The notes: generated by a model from the sequence alone, not told the origin. DNA of 64,000 nucleotides from Candidatus Micrarchaeota archaeon (GCA_018812625.1 JAHJDH010000001.1:19967-83966); one strand, 5' to 3'. Counted from the first letter of the stretch, positions 39,401-48,801 are shown. A program made the numbers and translations.

Positions 39401-39725
39401 GGTCAAAATAGGCAATGAACCATGCCCTCTTTGTGACATACAGGTAACTGCGCCAGATGGCAAAACATTTACTGGAAAAACAGATGAGAATGGGGAATTT
39501 AGTTTTCCTCTTAGTCTTGAAGGCCCATACAAGATTATTCTTGTCGATGAGAATGGAGAAGTTGCTGCAGAGGCAATCATCCAATCTCTTCCAAAACCTG
39601 CATTGCAAGTTGAAACAAAACCAACAGCAGAAGATGATGGAGATCCATCGACATTATTCCTGATCGTACTACTTGGGATATTGCTTGCAGGAATAGTTTA
39701 TTTTTCTCAAAGAAATAAAAAATGA
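36483..39725 (+). CDS. Large surface protein: NosD/parallel beta-helix repeats, PE linker, Cys-rich and Ig-like domains, C-terminal TM
   Basis: Signal peptide MKVFQALVLL; many N-N-T/S repeats; (PE)n; TM plus RNKK. Confidence 0.85.
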   Translation: MKVFQALVLLILLSGFSFAAPVPPGDISFCLQIVNPGTYTLTTDLVDGLIALDSGENGCYWINTSNVVLDCQGHSITSTNGTSVGIYTNQALDNVTVKNCEINGFAYAINMQGTQSGNLTGLNILNNTLNSTDVDMTVYRVDGAIVDGNTADPTLDFLMVSNSLISNNFVSSTGSSGLNLRGESASMLSSNNTLLNNTVLGVGKHGFHIDYATDNLFINNTAAENGGAGFFVSDTSPDNTFIGNNASNNCIANIYTAGFDINSIRNLLINNTAYNNSNGIYLSDDNNNLSSNHIYYNYLGLNLDQMSDSNLVVDNLIEENEYADLLVAGDPRTLEFDISGCSNTIENNTGSGGRPILYSEDPVNLVGGIYSEIILCDADNSVLDGVTVDGSDAFDNNALALFFTDNAVINNSQSNNNAMGVWLYGSEMVLINNTDTNENAIAGLFFTLSRTIFVNQHLARGNSGSVPDLFGGEAGFLGMLPLGAGVIEISALPFGRGMDMGGSTFFEFTYYNDSQFYDNDLGFMLMFTPNVTINNSKIYDNNLFGIMDMSGGVPGMNVVNTDLYRNGKDVMQFMSSSFGGEEIEEQQMPEFPEGLIWAEVFEANYLLASMFGGEVPELTWQLEKARHGKGAPSIELSLIDNAEAIYITSETILGSTDSIEYFDGIYNRTLFFNFTKPENKSSVNSKHFIIMVMTDQKAPMIEEFAVSWIDSEVLGYDPATMGLYYLNVTEIIRPKSVEPTNITIVADWVPVEDQVLEPNWIYVENGLPTPQNQLLQNLFPTIPDFELYEGIYGLFAVPVPIDGSNDDGGAEQFSVSVKSECDGTTVTVTDGGEPVSGAKVLVSNAQSLTSLSVGTTNGDGKFTFDECGMTVKIYVNKNGYSPVSLSKSISCCEDGEPQPEPEPEPEPEPEPQPEAELQPEPEDEDDLPECPGECGPDANCDACSTGYTCVDYSCEKNDVSGEDGFVGDSKKVKVKIGNEPCPLCDIQVTAPDGKTFTGKTDENGEFSFPLSLEGPYKIILVDENGEVAAEAIIQSLPKPALQVETKPTAEDDGDPSTLFLIVLLGILLAGIVYFSQRNKK
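39168..39250 (+). repeat. Pro-Glu/Gln linker repeat (coding)
   Basis: Degenerate 6-nt units encoding EPQPEPEPEPEPEPQPE. Confidence 0.8.
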
Positions 39726-39734
39726 GGAAAAAAA

Positions 39735-40814
39735 TTATTCGGCAAATTCTTTTGCCATGCGTTGTGCTTCGTCATCGCTGAATTGCTTTGGCGGGTGCTT
39801 CATCAGCCATGCACTAGGCCCAATCAATGGGCCTGCTATTTTTTTATCCAGGGCAATTTTGCAGTACCGAATTGCATCTATTACGATTCCCGCAGAATTG
39901 GCTTTGTCATCTACTTCAAGTCTGACTTCCATATTATATGGGATATTTGCCCACATCTTGCCCTCGATGCGCATGAACATCAGCTTTGTATTGCCAAGAA
40001 ATGGTATGAAATCTGATGGGCCAACATAAATTTGATCATCTGGCAATCTCTGGTTTAGCTGTGATTGAACTGATTCTGTTTTTGATATCCTTTTTGATGT
40101 TAGCCTGTCTTGTTCTTTCATACAAAGAAAGTCCGTATTTCCGCCAACATTGATTTGGTATGTTTTTTCTATTTTTGTTCCTCTTCTATCTGCTAATTTT
40201 GCCATAGTCCGATGGACAATTGTTGCTCCAACCTGGCCTTTGATATCATCACCAATAATCGGAAGTCCGGCATCCTCGAATTTCTTTGCCCATTCAGGTA
40301 CTGATGCAATAAAAGATGGCATGCAATTGACAAATGCAACATTTGAATCAAGACAAACCTGTGCCCAGAATTTCGTTGCATTGTCAGAGCCAACAGGAAG
40401 ATATGAAACAAGAATTTCAACATTCTTCTCCTTAAGTTCCTTTACAATCGCTTCTTTTAGTTCTTCAATAGGCTTTTCTGGAACTGGTGTGACAACTTTC
40501 TCCACATAGCTGCCGACCCCATCAAGCTGTGGTGACTGCAAAACATTCACATCATTCATAGTTGAGAGTGATTCCACCCATTTAACCTTGTTTGGCTTTG
40601 CATAAACAGCTTCACTGAGAGGTTTGTTTACCTTTTTCGAATCAACATCAAAACCAGCAACAAAATCCAAGTCATGTATGGAATATCCGCCGACTTCAGG
40701 GCTCATAACTCCTATAACCTGTTGCTCAGGATTCTTCTTGTAGTATTCAATTCCCTGAACAAGTCCAGCAAAACAATTTCCTACTCCGACGACAGCACAT
40801 TTGATTTTTCCCAT
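39735..40814 (-). CDS. ino1: Inositol-3-phosphate synthase
   Basis: VGVGNC, SYLPVGS, GDDIKGQVGAT, GGNTDF, SKRISKT, DKANSAG. Confidence 0.96.
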   Translation of the reverse strand: MGKIKCAVVGVGNCFAGLVQGIEYYKKNPEQQVIGVMSPEVGGYSIHDLDFVAGFDVDSKKVNKPLSEAVYAKPNKVKWVESLSTMNDVNVLQSPQLDGVGSYVEKVVTPVPEKPIEELKEAIVKELKEKNVEILVSYLPVGSDNATKFWAQVCLDSNVAFVNCMPSFIASVPEWAKKFEDAGLPIIGDDIKGQVGATIVHRTMAKLADRRGTKIEKTYQINVGGNTDFLCMKEQDRLTSKRISKTESVQSQLNQRLPDDQIYVGPSDFIPFLGNTKLMFMRIEGKMWANIPYNMEVRLEVDDKANSAGIVIDAIRYCKIALDKKIAGPLIGPSAWLMKHPPKQFSDDEAQRMAKEFAE

Positions 40815-40953
40815 TTATTCACCATAAACTATTTAACAAATATTAAATAGTGTCAAATTATTAAACCTTTTTCAAAAATCTGTTGTAATTACAGACTTCA
40901 ACAACTGATCCCACATCCACAAGTCCTTTTATTATTATCCTAGATATTTTTGC

Positions 40954-43900
40954 ATGAAATCCAGTTATATAATTTTTCTATTGCTGCTTTTAGCAGGTTT
41001 ATCTTTTTCAGCAACTCCGATTTCAGAATGTACAAACATTACTGCTCCTGGAGAATACTACCTGACTACAAATCTTGTAGGTGCGAATCAGAGCTGCCTG
41101 CCCATTTACCCTGCATACTGGGAATCCTGCATTAGGATTTCCTCTTCAGATGTCACCTTTGAGTGCAATGGTCACAGCATGAGCAGGGGCGGCACAACTA
41201 AAGAAGTCGGGATACTTGCCGAGGGATCTAGCGCAGAGCAACTTCACAACATCACTGTGAAGAACTGCAATTATATGCATGGCTATACATTTTACACTGT
41301 CCTGCTTTGGAATGTCACAAATGCCTCTATTACTAACGTAACTGCGATTAATGCTCATAGCAGCACAGGATTCAACGGGTTCGGTTCGCACTATGGGAAT
41401 AATATAAGTATACACGACAACACCGTCACTTCCACAGGAACAGTTGATTCGCTTGGAGTATTCATGACGAGCAGCACCAATTCCAGCATCGTAAACAACT
41501 ACTTCAATTACTCATCCATTGCGGAGGTGAGGACTTCCAACAACATAAATATCAGCAATAATGTATGGCAAAATCCAACAAGTAATTGGGTGCATGGGAT
41601 TTCCATGGAGGATACTAACTACTCGGTCATTCGGAACCACACCATGACCAACCGCTGCGAACTTTGTATAGAACTTAATAACGGGTGCAACTACAATATT
41701 ATTGATAACAACACGTTTCGCGGAGGTCTGACTAGCTATGCAATTCTGATCACTGATCCTTCCAGAAATTCTTGGTACAACAATGTGACCAATAACGTTG
41801 TTGAGGATGGGCTTCAAATCGGTTTTGGGATTACTGGAGCCTACTCATATGTGGTGAATAACACCGTGAGAAACATGTCTCAAACCAGTGCTGGTTTCTT
41901 CATTTCCGATGCCCGAAGTAATTTCTACAACAATTCTGCAGCCAACTGTTCTATTGGTTTCGACCTTAGCAGCGCCACGCGCAACAATTTCTGGAATAGC
42001 ACTTCAGTTAACAATTCCAATTATGGTTTCGTTGTTATTGGCAGCTCGAGCATCAACCAGTTCTTTGATTCTGTAACATACAACAATGGCAAGTCCGGTG
42101 TGTATATCACTTCTCCCAGCACTTCTACATATTTCACCAACGTGACCTCATACAACAATTCCGAGCATGGATATTATTCCTCAAGTTCGACTAGCAGTAG
42201 GTTCAACAACGCAACTGCCTTTGACAATAACATGTCTGGATTTTACATGTCTGGAGGCTCATCATGGATTGACTATTCAAAATCATACAACAACACTGAG
42301 TATGGAGCATATCTTACAGGCCCTCAGGGCGGCCAATATCGTCACAGCACATACCACGACAATGGTTTGAGTGGCATATATGGCTATAATCTTCGCACAA
42401 GCCAGATAACAAACAACACAGTATATTCAAACAATGGCCATGGTATCTTCACTGAAAGAGGCTATGGAAATACTATCCAGCAAAATCAGATATATGGCAA
42501 TAATGGAACTGGAATTGGTGCAGCAGGAATCGCCCCATCAGAAATTTCTGGCATTTACATGTATGACAATAACATCTACGCAAATAGTCTCAATGGAATT
42601 ATCCTGGAATATGTAAGGTATGCCAACTTGCAGAGAAACAACATCACATCAAACACAAGTCCTCTTTTCATCATGAATAGAAGCTACCAGAATACAATAC
42701 AGAACAATCGTCTTTATTCATCAGGTACAGCATTCTATCTTCTGGATCTTCCATATCGAACTACGAGGAGCGCAATAAGGTACAACAACATAAGTGATGT
42801 TGATTATGCAGTATCTGCATGGAATGCATCAAGCAATCATTTCACAGGAAACATCAAGACCAATGTTGCACTTGCAGACTATCTTCTCAACAGCTCAAAT
42901 GACAACATAATTCAGGAAGAACTTTTCAACGAATCAAACAGGTCAATAGTAGCCTCATCAACTCTCGGATCAATGCTTCTCAATTTGACTATGGTCAACT
43001 TCAGCCAGGGCGGAACCAATCTTAGTATCTTTTCCATGAATGACAGCATGGCTTCAGGTGAAACATATTACATCAACTGGTCTGATCAGCCATCTGGTGC
43101 GCCATATGCATCTCTTCATGGTAAATTTGTCAGGATTGAAGCTTCATCAGGAACTCCATCCATAGACACTGCAATTTGGTACTGGCTTGAATCAGAACTC
43201 AGTGGATATGATGAATCCCTCTTCGATATTTTCAAGTACAATTCAACATGGACTGATATGAATGCGAGTTTGGATACTGGTGCAAACACCCTTACTCTAT
43301 CATCTGCATCTCCACTTAGTTCCTTTGGTATTTTGCAAGGTGGCGGTGTTGTGAATAATCCTCCAGATGTACAGCTTAATCTTCCTGCAAACGGAACTAC
43401 CTTGACATCAAGCACTGTGATTTTCAATTTCACAGGAACTGATTATGAGCAGACAGCACTTTCATGTTCAATCTATCTGGACAGTCTCCTCAACCAGACA
43501 AACGCCACAGTACAGAACGGAACCCTTACTCCATTTACACTATCAAATATTGCCAATGGTCCACATACATGGTATGTCAACTGCAGCGACGGCAATCTTA
43601 CTGATGCAAGCGACATCTGGACATTCACGATGAATGCCCCGGTCAACTGTCCAATAATAACAACTCCTGGAAATTATCTCCAGCCATTTGATTACACTGG
43701 CGCTCCAAATGATGCATCAGAAGTTCTGCCTTCAGCATTTGCATGTGTAAAAATTGCATCCTCAGATGTTGTCTTTGACTGCAATGGGTACAGTATAACG
43801 AATGACGGGACACCAGACCCGACCATGGGAGTTGTGCTCAATGGTTCGATAAACAATGTTACTTTGCAGAACTGCCCATCAATCTCTGGTTATTCATTTG

Positions 43901-46188
43901 GTGTCTATAATATGGACTCGGATGATTCAACCATTTCTTCTGTGACATCATTCAATTCATCAAACAGTGACTTTGTGCTCAACCAGAGCAGCAATGTAAA
44001 TATAATGTCAAGTCATGCAGCAGGAGGCGGTGTTGCGCCTTCGCTTCCAACGACCTATGTTGTTGCTTCTGCACCTTACGGCTATTCAACAATCAGCGGA
44101 ACGGGTGTTGGTCTTGGCGATGATCAAGTAAGTTCAGCGCTTCCAATAGGTTTCAATTTCAACTTCTTTGGAACCAACTACAGTCAGTTCTACATCAGCA
44201 GCAATGGTTTCATTACTTTCACATCCGGCTCATCAAGCGGATGCTGTTCTGGTCAATCTCTTCCCTCAACAAGTACTCCAAATAATCTGGTTGCAGGTTA
44301 TTGGGAAGACCTGAATCCAAACTATGGTGGCACGATAAGCTATGATACAATAGGAACTGCTCCAAACAGAATTCTTGTAGTTGAGGTAGCCGGAATCGAA
44401 CATTATGGAACTGGTAATCCAGTGTACTATCAAATCAAGCTTTTTGAAACATCAGGAAACATAGAGGTCCATTGCCAGAACTGTCCTTCTGATGGCGGGT
44501 CTCACACTCAGGGTATAGAAAACCAGGATGGAACAGTTGGCTATACACTAACTGGCCGCAATTCGGCAAGTTTCTCACTCTCAAGCGATGCAGTGCGATT
44601 TACTCAGATTCCTGCGGGTACAAATCCAACATATGGAATTGTAGTAGATCAGAGCCAGAATGCTGTTCTTGATGATAACGCAGTAAATGGAAGCGATGTT
44701 GGAATCCTGCTAACTGAAAGCACCGGTTCTGCACTTTCATCAAACACAGTGTTTGATAATGGAGATGGAATTCACATCTTTGATTCAGACACTTCCTCTC
44801 TTACTAGCGATCATCTTTATGGGAATGAAAGGGATTTGTATGCTGAATCTGCGTTCACTTATCCGTTCGATTTTACCATGACTGAGGTCATATTCGATAA
44901 TCCATCAGCAGGCTTTACTGACTTTACAAACCTTTCAGTAATAGAAACTCTTGAGCTTGACTCATCATTCTATATGAAATGGAGTGCGCTTCCATCAGCT
45001 CTTCCAGTAGATCATACATCATTTGAAAACAAGCACTTGAACATTACTCGGTATTTCGGCTCACCAGTAATAGATGAATTAGTATGGCATTGGCTTGATT
45101 CAGAATCAACTACATACAATGAGAATAATTTCGTCCTCTACAAATATGACGGCGTTTGGGAACTTGTAAACGAAACTCCAGATACTACAGCAAATACATT
45201 GTCCAATTTCACTTTATCTGACTTTAGTGTCTTCAGCATACTTCAGGATGATTCAGTTCAGCCATCAACTCCAGACGAATCATCAGAAAGTTCAGATGAT
45301 CCTCTTTCAGTTTCTTTAACCAGTAACTGCGATGGCAATACCATAACAGTTACAAGCAAAGGCGATGATATCTCAGGTGCCCAAGTCAAAATTGACGGAG
45401 ATGTTATTGGAACAACTGATTCAAACGGCGAAGTTGAATTTGACTCCGATTGTGATTCTTCAATAATAATCCGGGCAAGCAAGAGTGGTTATGTTTCCAA
45501 AACCCTAACAGCAAGTACAGTTGCCTGCAGTGAGTGCAAAGAAGAACCTGCTCCAGAGCCAGAACTTGAGCCTGAACCAGAGCCGCAATGTGTTGCACCT
45601 TCATGCTGTGTTATCGACAGTCAGTGTGCTGATACTGAATACTGTTCAAATAGAGATACTGGTGCTCAAAGCGGAAGCTGCATACTTGTAACTGGCTGCG
45701 GTGCTATCTCAAATCATATTGTTTTCGAGCCTTATGAATGCAGCAATCAATCTGGTTGCGCTTGTCCCGAAGGTTTCATTTGCAGAGATCATATTTGCGT
45801 TTCACGTAACATTAATGGTACAAAGGAAGCCTTTGTTGGCTTCCACGGAAATTTCCACGCTACTGAAGGAAACATTTCATGCGCTTTCTGCGATATCATT
45901 ATTACTGATCCGACAGGAAAGATAATCACTGGAAAAACAGATGCAGATGGAGACTTTACACTTCCACTTACAATAAAGGGAACCTACAATCTTGCGCTTA
46001 TGGACGAGAATGGGGAAGTTGCTGCAGAAGCATCTATAATATCTCTTCTAAAGCCCGAAGTACCAGATGAAACAAAACCAACAGCAGAAGATACTGATGA
46101 TTTCTCCTGGTTATTCCTTTTGATTCTGCTTGTTGCTGTGGTGCTCTTCATAGTTTACAAAAGAAGGAAGAATGCGAAAAAGAGTTAG
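40954..46188 (+). CDS. Very large surface protein: two beta-helix modules, Ig-like and nidogen-like domains, Cys-rich region, C-terminal TM
   Basis: Signal peptide; duplicated module C.I.SSDV.F.CNG; GDDQVSSALPIGFNFNFFG; TM plus KRRK. Confidence 0.85.
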   Translation: MKSSYIIFLLLLLAGLSFSATPISECTNITAPGEYYLTTNLVGANQSCLPIYPAYWESCIRISSSDVTFECNGHSMSRGGTTKEVGILAEGSSAEQLHNITVKNCNYMHGYTFYTVLLWNVTNASITNVTAINAHSSTGFNGFGSHYGNNISIHDNTVTSTGTVDSLGVFMTSSTNSSIVNNYFNYSSIAEVRTSNNINISNNVWQNPTSNWVHGISMEDTNYSVIRNHTMTNRCELCIELNNGCNYNIIDNNTFRGGLTSYAILITDPSRNSWYNNVTNNVVEDGLQIGFGITGAYSYVVNNTVRNMSQTSAGFFISDARSNFYNNSAANCSIGFDLSSATRNNFWNSTSVNNSNYGFVVIGSSSINQFFDSVTYNNGKSGVYITSPSTSTYFTNVTSYNNSEHGYYSSSSTSSRFNNATAFDNNMSGFYMSGGSSWIDYSKSYNNTEYGAYLTGPQGGQYRHSTYHDNGLSGIYGYNLRTSQITNNTVYSNNGHGIFTERGYGNTIQQNQIYGNNGTGIGAAGIAPSEISGIYMYDNNIYANSLNGIILEYVRYANLQRNNITSNTSPLFIMNRSYQNTIQNNRLYSSGTAFYLLDLPYRTTRSAIRYNNISDVDYAVSAWNASSNHFTGNIKTNVALADYLLNSSNDNIIQEELFNESNRSIVASSTLGSMLLNLTMVNFSQGGTNLSIFSMNDSMASGETYYINWSDQPSGAPYASLHGKFVRIEASSGTPSIDTAIWYWLESELSGYDESLFDIFKYNSTWTDMNASLDTGANTLTLSSASPLSSFGILQGGGVVNNPPDVQLNLPANGTTLTSSTVIFNFTGTDYEQTALSCSIYLDSLLNQTNATVQNGTLTPFTLSNIANGPHTWYVNCSDGNLTDASDIWTFTMNAPVNCPIITTPGNYLQPFDYTGAPNDASEVLPSAFACVKIASSDVVFDCNGYSITNDGTPDPTMGVVLNGSINNVTLQNCPSISGYSFGVYNMDSDDSTISSVTSFNSSNSDFVLNQSSNVNIMSSHAAGGGVAPSLPTTYVVASAPYGYSTISGTGVGLGDDQVSSALPIGFNFNFFGTNYSQFYISSNGFITFTSGSSSGCCSGQSLPSTSTPNNLVAGYWEDLNPNYGGTISYDTIGTAPNRILVVEVAGIEHYGTGNPVYYQIKLFETSGNIEVHCQNCPSDGGSHTQGIENQDGTVGYTLTGRNSASFSLSSDAVRFTQIPAGTNPTYGIVVDQSQNAVLDDNAVNGSDVGILLTESTGSALSSNTVFDNGDGIHIFDSDTSSLTSDHLYGNERDLYAESAFTYPFDFTMTEVIFDNPSAGFTDFTNLSVIETLELDSSFYMKWSALPSALPVDHTSFENKHLNITRYFGSPVIDELVWHWLDSESTTYNENNFVLYKYDGVWELVNETPDTTANTLSNFTLSDFSVFSILQDDSVQPSTPDESSESSDDPLSVSLTSNCDGNTITVTSKGDDISGAQVKIDGDVIGTTDSNGEVEFDSDCDSSIIIRASKSGYVSKTLTASTVACSECKEEPAPEPELEPEPEPQCVAPSCCVIDSQCADTEYCSNRDTGAQSGSCILVTGCGAISNHIVFEPYECSNQSGCACPEGFICRDHICVSRNINGTKEAFVGFHGNFHATEGNISCAFCDIIITDPTGKIITGKTDADGDFTLPLTIKGTYNLALMDENGEVAAEASIISLLKPEVPDETKPTAEDTDDFSWLFLLILLVAVVLFIVYKRRKNAKKS

Positions 46189-46285
46189 GCTTTATAAATT
46201 GCCCTAGTCAAAGTTGGTATGTCTGTAATTCGGACTAGACTCTCCTGTTGCAATATGCTTCAGGCGAATGACGGAGGCAAATTTT

Positions 46286-46864
46286 ATGTATTATGTAAAA
46301 ACTATAAGCGATAGAATAAGAGTACCACCTGCCTATTTTGGGAGTACTCTTGAGGATGCAATTCTGAAAATTCTGCGAGAGAGATATGAAGGACGTATTT
46401 ACAAAGATCTTGGTATTGTTCTTTCTATTGACGATCCAAAAATTCTTTCTGATGGTGCAGTTATTCCAGGAGACGCTGGAGCATATTTCACAATTGAATT
46501 TGATGCACTCGCGTTTCTTCCTTCAGTAAACGAAGTTTATCGTGCTGAAATCAAGGAGATTGTAGAGTTTGGTGCATTTGCATCAATTGGTCCTTTCCAG
46601 GGACTGTTGCATGTTTCACAAATTGACCGGGAAAAATTCTATTATGAAAAGAAGTCCAAAACTCTTAGTTCTAAAACACTTAAACGTGCAATAAAGAAAG
46701 GGGATGATGTTTTGGTCAAGGTTTCTACTGTTAGTCTAAAAACAACTTCTTCAGATACCAAAATTGGTCTTACAATGAGACCAGATGGTTTGGGTCGGGA
46801 TGATTGGATCAGTGCAAAACCTGTAAAAAAGCCTATTAGGGGCAAAAAGGGTGGAAATAGATGA
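46286..46864 (+). CDS. rpo7: RNA polymerase subunit Rpo7 (E')
   Basis: IRVPP, PGDAGAY, EFGAF..IGP.QGLLHVSQI, KIGLTMR; SD GGAGG before ATG 46286. Confidence 0.96.
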   Translation: MYYVKTISDRIRVPPAYFGSTLEDAILKILRERYEGRIYKDLGIVLSIDDPKILSDGAVIPGDAGAYFTIEFDALAFLPSVNEVYRAEIKEIVEFGAFASIGPFQGLLHVSQIDREKFYYEKKSKTLSSKTLKRAIKKGDDVLVKVSTVSLKTTSSDTKIGLTMRPDGLGRDDWISAKPVKKPIRGKKGGNR

Positions 46865-47028
46865 GCGGCTTTGATATTATCAGTTCAGACGAATATGTAA
46901 AACGTCAGAGTGGTTTATCTCGAAAATATTCCATTTTTCTTGTAGTAGTTGATCCAGAGCGCTCTGAAATTGCGAAAATCATTGGCATAAAAGTTCCTGG
47001 CAGCTACTATGCAGTAAAACCTCGCTAA
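46861..47028 (+). CDS. spt4: Spt4 (RpoE'') homologue lacking zinc-ribbon cysteines, 55 aa, absent from ORF track
   Basis: Overlaps rpo7 stop, the usual spt4 position; C-half VVVDPERSEIAKIIGIKVPGSYYAVK matches archaeal Spt4. Confidence 0.85.
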   Translation: MSGFDIISSDEYVKRQSGLSRKYSIFLVVVDPERSEIAKIIGIKVPGSYYAVKPR

Positions 47029-47076
47029 TCTGTTTTATTTATTAATTTTGACCCTTAATTCATCTATGGGGGATGA

Positions 47077-47631
47077 ATGAGGGGGTATCTATCTTTTGTT
47101 CTTGTATTGTTATCGATAGGTCTAGTCCTTACCCTCCTGGAGCTCAATATGCATTACAGTTCCACGAAAGCTCTTCTGATTGAGCGTTCCTATTCTCTTT
47201 CAATGAACATAAAGGAAGCTATTCTAGAGTCACTTTGGCAAGGTGCTCAAAGTGGTTTTGACAATTACAATTTTGATCATGATATTGCAATGTGTGTCCA
47301 TTGTCCTGCCTGTCATCCAAAGACTTGCGATCCGCTCAAATGCCAGAAGTGCTTTAGAGAATCTGAATCCAGAGCCGCTGCAAAAACACATTCTCTTATA
47401 TCACTAAATAAACTGAAATCCCATTCCTTTGATCCAGATTTTGAGGTTTCAATTGGTGAAGTGCAATTGGAAGCATATACTCGTCCTGATCCACTATCAA
47501 AAAATGGATTTAGTTTGGATTCTTTAAAGATCACAAATAATATTCCGATTTTAATCAATTCTGAAAAATTTGATATTTATGGAGAGGTGAATGTGCCATC
47601 AGGGGTGATACTTTATGAGAGGTCAGATTAG
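47077..47631 (+). CDS. Pilin-like protein with Cys-rich insert
   Basis: MRG|YLSFVLVLLS class III-like leader; CVHCPACHPKTCDPLKCQKC. Confidence 0.65.
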   Translation: MRGYLSFVLVLLSIGLVLTLLELNMHYSSTKALLIERSYSLSMNIKEAILESLWQGAQSGFDNYNFDHDIAMCVHCPACHPKTCDPLKCQKCFRESESRAAAKTHSLISLNKLKSHSFDPDFEVSIGEVQLEAYTRPDPLSKNGFSLDSLKITNNIPILINSEKFDIYGEVNVPSGVILYERSD

Positions 47632-47932
47632 TCTTGAATTTTTATTGATGTTTTCAATTAGCTTAGTGCTGTTTTCCACTTTGGCCTCAGTTCTAATTGT
47701 TGAGCAAGAAAAATTGCAGGATGCTCATGCAGATCTTCAGAAAATAACTGCAGTAAAACAAGCATCTTTTGCTGCTTCGCTTTGGCTAAACAATGGACGG
47801 ATCTATCCGCTAGATTTTAGTTCTGAAAATATTTTTTTCAGAATAGAAAATGATCGATTTTTAGTCGTTTATAATATGGAAGTTATTGAAATTGAGGGGG
47901 TTTTTGATTATGAAAAGTCAGAGCCATTATAG
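47615..47932 (+). CDS. Type IV pilin-like protein (class III signal peptide)
   Basis: MRG|QISLEFLLMF. Confidence 0.85.
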   Translation: MRGQISLEFLLMFSISLVLFSTLASVLIVEQEKLQDAHADLQKITAVKQASFAASLWLNNGRIYPLDFSSENIFFRIENDRFLVVYNMEVIEIEGVFDYEKSEPL

Positions 47933-48314
47933 GGGCGCTATCTCTTTTGATACTCTTTTTTCTATTATCCCAATTCTGATGATCTTCGTCCTGTTATTTC
48001 AATCAATACAATTTATTGGTCTCTCAACCGAAGAGAGCTCCAGGGATCAGGACTTGTTTGATAAGCTGGTTTTGGCTGCTGATTATACTGTAAAATCCGG
48101 CGCAGCAGTGCGTGATGGAAATATAAGATATCCAAATTGGATTGAAGAAGGCAAGATCTCTTCTTCGTATTCCGAAGGACTTCGCATGCGCTATGGCCTC
48201 AATGAACTCTTTATTTCTCTGGATACTCCAGAGGAATCTTCAATGTGCATCTACCGGATGGTTGTCTATGGCAACTCGAAGAAAATATCAAAACTTTTTG
48301 TGTGTGGTGATTGA
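47910..48314 (+). CDS. Type IV pilin-like protein
   Basis: MKSQSHYRG|AISFDTLFSIIPILMIF; SD GAGGGG before ATG 47910. Confidence 0.75.
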   Translation: MKSQSHYRGAISFDTLFSIIPILMIFVLLFQSIQFIGLSTEESSRDQDLFDKLVLAADYTVKSGAAVRDGNIRYPNWIEEGKISSSYSEGLRMRYGLNELFISLDTPEESSMCIYRMVVYGNSKKISKLFVCGD

Positions 48315-48315
48315 A

Positions 48316-48672
48316 ATGCAAACTTTCGAAGCAATAATCTCACTTTTGTTTTTTGTATGGATGCTAACTCTGAGCTTAGTAAGTTTTGAGGCTCCAGAGC
48401 TTAACTATCAGGTTTATCAGATGCAACTTTCCAGCGATGCTTGGAGAGTTCTTTATCTTCGGGGTAATTTTGAGGATTTGTCGGATATGCAGTTGGTTGA
48501 AGCTGACCTTAATCAACTTGGCAGTGTTACTGGACTTTGCTTTTTTTTAGATGGAATTGAAACTACAAACTGCAGGGGCGGCGTTAATGATCATGATCTT
48601 TCAGTTTCATCATATCGTACAATCATATTCAATTCTGAACCTAAAACAATCAGATTTTCCATGGGAACCTAA
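48316..48672 (+). CDS. Pilin-like protein without cleavable leader
   Basis: MQTFEAIISLLFF with Glu at +5; SD GGTGA before ATG 48316. Confidence 0.65.
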   Translation: MQTFEAIISLLFFVWMLTLSLVSFEAPELNYQVYQMQLSSDAWRVLYLRGNFEDLSDMQLVEADLNQLGSVTGLCFFLDGIETTNCRGGVNDHDLSVSSYRTIIFNSEPKTIRFSMGT

Positions 48673-48801
48673 ATTTTTTCTACAATTTTACGGAGTTATT
48701 ATTCGTCTATTTTTGTTGGGCTCAAATATCACGTCTTATGACGTATAGTCACCAATAAAAACATTCTAGCATATATCAAGACAATAATTTTAGGTGAAAA
48801 T

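Noticed and set aside
48731..48744. ACGTC-TTAT-GACGT palindrome upstream of the aminotransferase
   Set aside because: 5-bp arms, single copy; could be chance
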